Origin: Kangiellaceae bacterium
GTDB lineage: Bacteria; Pseudomonadota; Gammaproteobacteria; Enterobacterales; Kangiellaceae
Length of the DNA stretch: 30,260 nucleotides
Assembly (NCBI GenBank): GCA_049600015.1
Contig: JBMYPE010000001.1
Location: 1 to 30,260 of the forward strand
Direction: 5' to 3'
Within the stretch, counting starts at the first letter, position 1, and every line of letters starts with the position of its first letter. Shown here in pieces: positions 20,283 to 30,260 of the stretch. The position numbers and the translations under genes were made by a program. The notes below the pieces were generated by a model. The model ran no database searches and was not told where the DNA came from. It saw nothing but the letters and a program-made list of their open reading frames with translations.

Positions 20283-20885
20283 ATGTTAGTTTTATTAGAC
20301 AATGGACATGGCGGATTAATCAACGGCGACTACCAAACACCTGGAAAACGATCACCGATTTGGGATGATGGCTCACAACTTTTTGAAGGTGAATTTAACC
20401 GAGCCATTGTTGCCAGAATTATTGAATCTTTAACTAGTCTAAATATTGCTTATATTAACATCGCGCCAGAAATGAGAGATGTAACTTTAGCAACAAGGAT
20501 CAAAAGAGCAAATGATGCATACAAAAGAAAATGTTTTTATCTGAGCGTGCATTCTAATGCCGGAGGAGGACGAGGGTTTGAGGTTTTCACTTCCAGAGGG
20601 CATAGTAAAAGCGATAAAATTGCTACATTGTTTGGCGAAGAGTTTAAAAAAACCTTTCCAGATAAAAAACTAAGGGCCGACTATTCTGATGGAGATCTCG
20701 ATAAAGAAGCTGGTTTTGCGGTACTCAAGCGCACAAGAATGCCGGCCATATTAACAGAGAATTTTTTCATGGATAATGAAGAGGAGTGTAAAAATATTCT
20801 TATGACAAGACATGGCAGAGACGCAATTGCAGATTTTCATGTCAATGCCATAGTTAGAGCGCAAAAAGAGATATTTCTCGGATAG
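20283..20885 (+). CDS. N-acetylmuramoyl-L-alanine amidase (Amidase_3, Zn-dependent), single domain, no signal peptide
   Basis: ATG 20283 preferred over TTG 20253 because RBS AAAGGAAAA sits at ~20268-20276. All four catalytic motifs are present: DNGHGG (His), EGEFNR (Glu), SVHSNA (His), ILTENFFMDN (Glu). Confidence 0.9.
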   Translation: MLVLLDNGHGGLINGDYQTPGKRSPIWDDGSQLFEGEFNRAIVARIIESLTSLNIAYINIAPEMRDVTLATRIKRANDAYKRKCFYLSVHSNAGGGRGFEVFTSRGHSKSDKIATLFGEEFKKTFPDKKLRADYSDGDLDKEAGFAVLKRTRMPAILTENFFMDNEEECKNILMTRHGRDAIADFHVNAIVRAQKEIFLG

Positions 20886-20919
20886 TATCAAATTAAACTA
20901 AAATTAAATATCTGACCAA

Positions 20920-22074
20920 TTATTGAAGCACTGCAACATTATTTGATTTTAATTTTCTTCTTCTTTTATCATCACTAAAATCACAGTCATCAATTGTTTG
21001 CTTTATATCTTCGTTCACCGATGCCCAGAGGTAGTAGCTATGCTCAACACTCCCGCCTACAATATCGGAGCAGTCAATTTGATGTATTTTGTTATGTAAT
21101 TGATTCGGTCTCGCTGCGCCAGCATGTCCTAACCTTTCAACATTGCCTTTTGTATAATCTGATATATACATTGCCACATCGCCTTTATTAAAATAAATAC
21201 TCACATGGCGACTTAATTGATGGACATTATTCATTGGTTGTTCCATTTCAAATACCGTATCATCCACATCGGGAGCACACATAAACACGTTTTTAAATAG
21301 TCGAGGAAGAACATCATTTTTGTCTTCTTTAACTAAAGAGGTTAAAGCATTTTGAAGCACAAAATTTCCCATTGAATGACATAGTAAATGCAGGTCTTGC
21401 CCACACTCTTCGAGTGACTTATCAAGCTTTAATTTAGATACGACTTTTTTAGGTCTCAATGTCATTAGAAAATCTCGCAATTTTAAAAATCCGCGAGCGA
21501 CTGCGATACCAGAATCAGTTGCATCTTGCTTATCAGATGCATAAGCTCTTCCTTTCATCATATCCCCATTAGAAGGCCAACTAAATAAAAAGACGGAAAC
21601 AGACTTTTTATTACTATGGTCATGGATAGTTTTACGGTTAAGCATAAGTTCAAGCGCCATAGCTGCGCCAACGGCTTCCCACCAATCAACATTAAATCCA
21701 TGTATGTTAATCATAATATCCTGTTTTTTATCCATGATGGTTTTTAATTCTTGAAAAAGTTTTTTTGACGCAAGTTGTGTTTCATCAAATCCAGTTTTGC
21801 CCCCAGCAGTGACGTCTTTATATGCGTTAATTTTCGCTTTATTTTTTGCAAGCTTAGTTAAATATTCTGACAATCCTTCGCCATCGCCAATACGTTTGTG
21901 TTTCGATTTTTGTAGAAACTCATTTATTTTGTTCTCAGTAACCGTCAACTCGATTTTACCAAAACGTAAATTACTATTTCGATCTGAACTAAAGTTTTTT
22001 CCATAACCAGAAGGCTTCCAACGATTCGTTCCTTCATGATTTCTATTGGTTGCGTAAAATAATGTAATTTTCAC
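20920..22074 (-). CDS. DUF900-family alpha/beta hydrolase (esterase/lipase-like)
   Basis: GTG start with AAAGGAG RBS. FYATNR, IHGFNV, FSWPS, nucleophile elbow CHSMG (21367-21381), APDVDD, D in NKGDVAM, His in EHSYY. Confidence 0.85.
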   Translation of the reverse strand: MKITLFYATNRNHEGTNRWKPSGYGKNFSSDRNSNLRFGKIELTVTENKINEFLQKSKHKRIGDGEGLSEYLTKLAKNKAKINAYKDVTAGGKTGFDETQLASKKLFQELKTIMDKKQDIMINIHGFNVDWWEAVGAAMALELMLNRKTIHDHSNKKSVSVFLFSWPSNGDMMKGRAYASDKQDATDSGIAVARGFLKLRDFLMTLRPKKVVSKLKLDKSLEECGQDLHLLCHSMGNFVLQNALTSLVKEDKNDVLPRLFKNVFMCAPDVDDTVFEMEQPMNNVHQLSRHVSIYFNKGDVAMYISDYTKGNVERLGHAGAARPNQLHNKIHQIDCSDIVGGSVEHSYYLWASVNEDIKQTIDDCDFSDDKRRRKLKSNNVAVLQ

Positions 22075-22095
22075 AAAGTTATACTCCTTTACTAT

Positions 22096-22124
22096 TTAAT
22101 ATTTACAACTTGTTTAGATCTCAA
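22096..22124 (-). promoter_or_regulatory. Candidate sigma70 promoter for the DUF900 gene
   Basis: Minus strand TTGAGA-17nt-TATTAA, ending just upstream of the RBS. Confidence 0.45.
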
Positions 22125-22141
22125 GCTCTTTTAAAGTGATT

Positions 22142-25100
22142 CTATTTACCAAATGTGTTTTTAAACAAGCTAGCACTGTTAGACACACTAATTAGTAATG
22201 TCGATAAGCCTGCAAGGGTGGTCAACATCAAATCAAAAATATCACTTGCTGTTAAAAAGAGCCATCCCAATATCGCAAACAAACCTATACTTACTAACCA
22301 TTTATAATTTTGCCATACCCCTTTTTCCGCCTGTTTTTGCATTGTAACAAAGGCCTCTGAAATTTCCGCGTTTTTGACAAACAATTGAAAGCTACTATTT
22401 GAAATAATCAATCTTTTTTTATGATCTAACTTAATAAAACCTTTGACTACCAAATCTTCGATCACAGACTTGTTTCTTGGGTTAGGTTTAATTCCGTTTG
22501 CTGTGTGAAAAAGTTCTAATTTTTCAGAGTTGCTACACTTAACCCATTTAAAACGATAAAGTGCGTTCGCATGTAATAACATAAACCTGTTTTCATTATA
22601 CTCAGTTTTACTATTTACATTACCTTGTGACAAATTAGTTTCTTGTGGCAATCTACTAACATTGTTTATTTCCATCCATTTATCTGCAACATATTTTAGC
22701 TCTTTAAAAACTGAACACTCGTTAACTATATAATCACCATCAACATTTTTGTACATTGTCTCAGGAACGACAACTTCAAATTTTGACAACAACCAGGACC
22801 AATTGAAAATTTCTTCATTTGTTAAATGGATTTCTGCGTTATTACTTGATTGTAAGAACTCTCTTTTAAATATTGACTTAATGGTGATGTCTTTAACAAA
22901 CAAATTTAATCTGTAGTTAGAGTTTTTAATCACCAAATTGACTATTTTTTTAAGTTGCCTAAAAAATAGTTTTCGTTTACTCGCATCAAAAAATAAACTG
23001 TCAACTCTGGTAATGTATAAATCTTGAAAATTATCAGACTCCTTAATATACACATTAAACATTGGTCTCTCTTCATTTTCAGTATAATCCAAAGCTGGCA
23101 TACTATTTTTAATATGATTAATTTGAGCCACCGAACGATCATCGTAATTGAGCATTAGATTATCATTTGGAACAGAAATCTCTTTATTCAAGTACTCAAG
23201 ACTTAAATCACCGAGATAATCTAGGAACTTCTCTGTTCCATAAAGTTTAGCTATTACTATTTTTCTATAAAAATAATTCCAAGCGACTAATGAAATAATG
23301 AGTAGTATGAACAGAACCGCTAATACTCGCCAATGAATTATTTCTATTTTTTTGTGCTCTTTCCCATCTCCAATATACTGAATATCAAAATGGTTTCTTA
23401 TATGTGAATAGGATAGAGAATGAGGGGCTAACTTAAATTTGTGTTGATGATTTTCTGCCTTCTCTCCTTCAATAACTACATTGTCATCTACGATTTGCTT
23501 GCTCGGAAAATAAAGCCCAGCCACTTCGCTTTTTCTATTTTTTGATTCTAGTTGGTTTGATTTGCTAACCAATTGATAATAATTTTCCACACCATTATTC
23601 ACAAAGTTAATAGAATTGCTTAACACCATTTGATATGCCACCGCTGATCCAACCAAAACAATCGAAATCACTAGCTTGCCTGTACTGTGACGGCTTACAA
23701 AACGACCAAGCATTAACAAAAATAAAAGGCCAATCAACAAGCTAATATTGTTAAATTGACTCATATTAACTAACGTCATCACGCTAAACAAAGAGATTAA
23801 CCACACGATTAAAGCATGGTTATTTATTTTTAAAACTGTCTCTAGTTCTAGGATTTTGGTGTATTTAGCAATGATTGGAAGTAAATATATTATCGCCGTA
23901 ATTAATAACAAAATGATGATCATTGAAATAGATATATAGGAATAAATATCTTCAACATAGGTGTTAATCGTATCAACTGGGTAAAATATAATAGTTGCCC
24001 AATCATCTATCCCACTTTCAGAAATTATGAAATTATAGGCTGTTCCGTGATAATGTCCTTTTATAAAAAACTGCTGCTTTTTATCATAGTTTTCTAAACC
24101 ATATTTAATAATATGTGTAATATTTTCATTTCCGTCGAGCTCAGCATAAAAATTTTCAGTGACACTTAATTCATCATGACTATGAAACAATACTTTACCT
24201 GAAGCACGCTCAACAATTGCGAACTGATAGTCCTCGGTTAGACCATTATTAATCGTCAATCCAGGCATAGTAATATCAGCACCGACGATTGAATTACTAT
24301 TCCATGGAATTGCAATGGTTGTTCCTCGTGTACCGTCAGTTAAATTAAGCAGTCGTTCAATATAAAATTTATGTTCATTCTTAATATCGCTTTTTTGATA
24401 TTTTCCAGATACAACCGATGCAAAGTAATTTCTATGACTGACGTTCAAAACGTCCATACCACTAGTTTTTTCTGCGTACTCAATATCAGGCAAGCACAAA
24501 TCACCATTTTCATTGGCATTAAACATTGTCCGTATCAAAGGTATTACTAAATTATCAGAGCCATTTGAATCGCTGATATAAGCTAGTTTTTTATAATTTT
24601 TATATTTGTCTAAGCAGCTCCCTACAGCAGCAATATCACTGCCTTCATCTGGGTATTTTTTCAGGTGTAGGTCTTTTATGGAATGATTAAATACTTCTTC
24701 GATGTCTACATTAGAACTTTCTCTCAATTCGTTCTTACTATAAAGGGTGCTATTGTGCTCAAGCTTGGTCAATACATCTGTAACATTACTCGTTAACCTC
24801 TCTTGAACAAGTGACAAATTTCGTTTGCCTTCGACTTGCTTTCTGTTTTTTTCTAATTCATAACCTATAAAGCTGAGTAAACCTGAATTAAAAAGAACGA
24901 TAAACGAAACCGACGAAACTACACACAAAGCTCTAAACAACCAACCAAAGCCAATATTTTTTTCGCTGATCATTAGCCTCACTAAAGCAACAACAAAGGT
25001 AAAAACACATAAAAAAGAAATAATAAATCCAGTTTTCTTAAAATTATTACCTTGTGAACTAGAGGTAAATTTTTTCTTTTTTATTAATCCAATAAGATAG

Positions 25101-26257
25101 AACGATTTTTCTTCACCAATTTCAAGTTCATCCTTTATTTTAAAGGGATAAACAAAAATTCGATATTTTGTTCCTGAAAAACTCATATCAGTGTAAGTGC
25201 TTACCGAAGGAGTGTCGTTATTGTTCTTATTTAGCTCGTTATTTTCTTTAGACGAGAACTTCCCAAACATTCCTATATCCAAATTTTCTTTAGATATTTG
25301 CGTAAACACGGAATTCATATTTGAAAAACCGATGCTAGAATGATTGTCGCCGGCAGATATTATGTTACCTTTTGAATCGCTAAATAAAAGGCCATCAAAC
25401 GATTCGTGTTGCAAAACAAAAATATCTTTTAGTTCGAGCTCTAAATAGGCATTTTGATTTTGTAGATCTTTTAGACAAACTAATAATTTATTCTTATTTA
25501 TTTTATAAGGTTGGGCACCTGATCGGCAAATGTCATTGGGTGCTTTCCCATTACTATACTTTATACTTTTGAACAAGTTCTGCAATAAATCAGGCACTTC
25601 ATTCAGGCTTGATTTAGTTAGATAATTTCGATCAAATTTTGAGCCTACTTGCTTCTTTAGATTTTTTAAGTCAGCCTTCAATTGTTCAATGTAATCCATC
25701 AGCAACTTGGAGTTTTGAACATTCATGTTTACCGACGCTTGATTGTGAAAATAGTCTTCTAACTTTCTTTTGTTTTTTTCTATTTTTAATTCGATCTTTT
25801 TAGATTCCAACTCCTCATGGGTTAAGCTTTGTTCAGTTGGTTTTTCTTTTTCCTTCAAGTTAGCTAGCTCTTTTTCCAACTTGTCAATATCCCGAACATA
25901 ATTATAAAACGCTTCCTTAGATAAATTTGACTTACCATAAGCTTTATCGAAGTTTGTTTTTAATTGGTTTATTTTTCGTTCGATCTGATTGGCGGTGACA
26001 ACAGTTTCATCAACTAATAATCCTGAGTACTTTATAGCGACTTTGAGTTGTAAAAAGCTCCGTTCAAACTCTTTCGTTATCTTTTCTAGGCTTTTAAATG
26101 CCTCTCTATTATTAACTGCATCACGTTCAGAATTACTTTGATAATAAAAATAAAATACTGATACAAACAGAAGTAACCCAAAAAATATGGGTAACTTGTT
26201 TAATTTGGAGGAGCTGATGTTTTCAGTAGTGGATGTGGTAGACATCGGTGTATTCAT
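22142..26257 (-). CDS. 1371-aa polytopic membrane protein with two extracytoplasmic Cache-like regions and an unassigned cytoplasmic C-terminal module
   Basis: About 10 hydrophobic segments by eye. Coiled coil at aa ~90-205. Cache-like strands FDGLLFSDSKGNII...YRIFVYPF...FYLIGLI. dCache-like SHRNYF...FYIERL...TTIAIP...VGADI...FAIVERASGKVLFHS. No kinase, GGDEF, EAL or MA motif. Confidence 0.75.
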   Translation of the reverse strand: MNTPMSTTSTTENISSSKLNKLPIFFGLLLFVSVFYFYYQSNSERDAVNNREAFKSLEKITKEFERSFLQLKVAIKYSGLLVDETVVTANQIERKINQLKTNFDKAYGKSNLSKEAFYNYVRDIDKLEKELANLKEKEKPTEQSLTHEELESKKIELKIEKNKRKLEDYFHNQASVNMNVQNSKLLMDYIEQLKADLKNLKKQVGSKFDRNYLTKSSLNEVPDLLQNLFKSIKYSNGKAPNDICRSGAQPYKINKNKLLVCLKDLQNQNAYLELELKDIFVLQHESFDGLLFSDSKGNIISAGDNHSSIGFSNMNSVFTQISKENLDIGMFGKFSSKENNELNKNNNDTPSVSTYTDMSFSGTKYRIFVYPFKIKDELEIGEEKSFYLIGLIKKKKFTSSSQGNNFKKTGFIISFLCVFTFVVALVRLMISEKNIGFGWLFRALCVVSSVSFIVLFNSGLLSFIGYELEKNRKQVEGKRNLSLVQERLTSNVTDVLTKLEHNSTLYSKNELRESSNVDIEEVFNHSIKDLHLKKYPDEGSDIAAVGSCLDKYKNYKKLAYISDSNGSDNLVIPLIRTMFNANENGDLCLPDIEYAEKTSGMDVLNVSHRNYFASVVSGKYQKSDIKNEHKFYIERLLNLTDGTRGTTIAIPWNSNSIVGADITMPGLTINNGLTEDYQFAIVERASGKVLFHSHDELSVTENFYAELDGNENITHIIKYGLENYDKKQQFFIKGHYHGTAYNFIISESGIDDWATIIFYPVDTINTYVEDIYSYISISMIIILLLITAIIYLLPIIAKYTKILELETVLKINNHALIVWLISLFSVMTLVNMSQFNNISLLIGLLFLLMLGRFVSRHSTGKLVISIVLVGSAVAYQMVLSNSINFVNNGVENYYQLVSKSNQLESKNRKSEVAGLYFPSKQIVDDNVVIEGEKAENHQHKFKLAPHSLSYSHIRNHFDIQYIGDGKEHKKIEIIHWRVLAVLFILLIISLVAWNYFYRKIVIAKLYGTEKFLDYLGDLSLEYLNKEISVPNDNLMLNYDDRSVAQINHIKNSMPALDYTENEERPMFNVYIKESDNFQDLYITRVDSLFFDASKRKLFFRQLKKIVNLVIKNSNYRLNLFVKDITIKSIFKREFLQSSNNAEIHLTNEEIFNWSWLLSKFEVVVPETMYKNVDGDYIVNECSVFKELKYVADKWMEINNVSRLPQETNLSQGNVNSKTEYNENRFMLLHANALYRFKWVKCSNSEKLELFHTANGIKPNPRNKSVIEDLVVKGFIKLDHKKRLIISNSSFQLFVKNAEISEAFVTMQKQAEKGVWQNYKWLVSIGLFAILGWLFLTASDIFDLMLTTLAGLSTLLISVSNSASLFKNTFGK

Positions 26258-26280
26258 CCCTGTCTTATTTTTTAGTCTTA

Positions 26281-26309
26281 TTTATACTCCTATAAATTCA
26301 GCTTATCAA
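26281..26309 (-). promoter_or_regulatory. sigma70 promoter of the 1371-aa gene
   Basis: Minus strand TTGATA-17nt-TATAAA, 23 nt before the ATG. A TCTCAA-a-TTGAGA palindrome (26311-26323) abuts the -35. Confidence 0.65.
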
Positions 26310-26399
26310 ATCTCAAATTGAGACAATAATACGGATTCAACGCGCATCGAAGTGGAAGCACTCATGCCTCTTTAACGCTCATACTTCTTCTCTGGACAT

Positions 26400-26423
26400 A
26401 AAAAAGCGACCCTAAGGTCGCTT
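26400..26423 (-). terminator. Intrinsic terminator of fadBA
   Basis: A6-GCGACC-ctaa-GGTCGC-TT, giving a hairpin plus U6 on the minus strand, 25 nt past the fadA stop. Confidence 0.9.
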
Positions 26424-26448
26424 CATATTCCAACTTAAAATTAAAAGA

Positions 26449-29797
<3,349 letters not shown>

Positions 29798-29916
29798 TCG
29801 TTTGCTCCGTTTATAACAGTTATTTCAATTGAGAGGATAGAGTGTAGCTTTTAAAAATAGAAAGCGTTACCTAGTTTACTCAATCCATAGGACTTGATTA
29901 AATTTTTGGTGGACTG

Positions 29917-29944
29917 ATTATAACTAGATCAACCTACAATTCAA
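29917..29944 (-). promoter_or_regulatory. sigma70 promoter of fadBA
   Basis: Minus strand TTGAAT-16nt-TATAAT. The -35 lies inside the palindromic operator. Confidence 0.65.
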
Positions 29945-29976
29945 ACGGTTGTTTGAATTAAATTGAACGATCGTTC
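29938..29976. promoter_or_regulatory. PsrA-type (TetR family) operator plus adjacent second palindrome
   Basis: Perfect 9-4-9 palindrome AATTCAAAC-ggtt-GTTTGAATT (29938-29959) fits the PsrA box (C/G)AAAC-N2-4-GTTT(G/C). It is followed by the perfect 12-mer GAACGATCGTTC (29965-29976). Confidence 0.8.
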
Positions 29977-30063
29977 GTTTTATGCAAGAATTCTAGCTGT
30001 TTTTAGTTCTATAGACTGGGTATACTGTTAAACCTAGAAAATTTGGTAATTGTGAGGTATGAC

Positions 30064-30260
30064 ATGAAAACAATTGTTGAACAACTATCAACCTACAAAA
30101 GTGTTCACTTAAACAAAAAGAACATAAAAACTCATTTTGTGGGTGTACCTCTCATTGTTTGGGCAATTTTTGTTCTTTTTAGTTTGATCCAACTGCCAAT
30201 TAAAATTCCTACCACCGAAATACCTGTGACTTTTGCGATGCTATTTGTTACTGGGGTGTT
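30064..30260 (+). CDS. Mpo1-like / DUF962 membrane protein, 5' part only (absent from the ORF track)
   Basis: RBS GAGGT, then MKTIVEQLSTYKSVHLNKKNIKTHFVGVPLIVWAIF, matching the DUF962 N-terminal pattern QLxxYxxxHxNxxNxxxHxxGVPLI. Confidence 0.82.
   Translation, partial: MKTIVEQLSTYKSVHLNKKNIKTHFVGVPLIVWAIFVLFSLIQLPIKIPTTEIPVTFAMLFVTGV

Noticed and set aside
22142-23300. Active P-loop NTPase in the 1371-aa protein
   Set aside because: No GxxxxGK[S/T] motif in the translation, so only a degenerate fold can be hypothesised.
29903-29920. FadR-like TGGT...GAC sequence upstream of fadB
   Set aside because: Spacing and the right half do not fit TGGTCnGACCA. The PsrA-type palindrome is a far better match.

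Overview
AT-rich chromosomal window from a gammaproteobacterium. The low GC, FadB/FadA, oxyR-recG and TonB-receptor style suggest a marine heterotroph, but that placement is inference. Left part: pnp (partial) and rpsO with an intact S15 autoregulatory pseudoknot and a stringent-type promoter. Upstream of rpsO is a TonB-dependent receptor instead of the usual truB, then oxyR-recG and three chemoreceptors (one soluble CZB type, two transmembrane). Middle: DUF302-fadD, a lipoprotein alkaline phosphatase and a divergent CBM9-like/DUF5916 outer-membrane protein. Right: fadBA with a PsrA-type operator over its -35 and a divergent Mpo1/DUF962-like gene (partial). The least explained stretch is 20283-26309, between the DUF5916 gene and the fadA terminator. 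It encodes a signal-peptide-less zinc amidase, a DUF900 alpha/beta hydrolase and a very AT-rich 1371-aa polytopic membrane protein with two Cache-like sensor regions and no recognisable signalling output. No tRNA, rRNA, CRISPR array, integrase or transposase was seen. Family assignments come from motif reading, not database searches.
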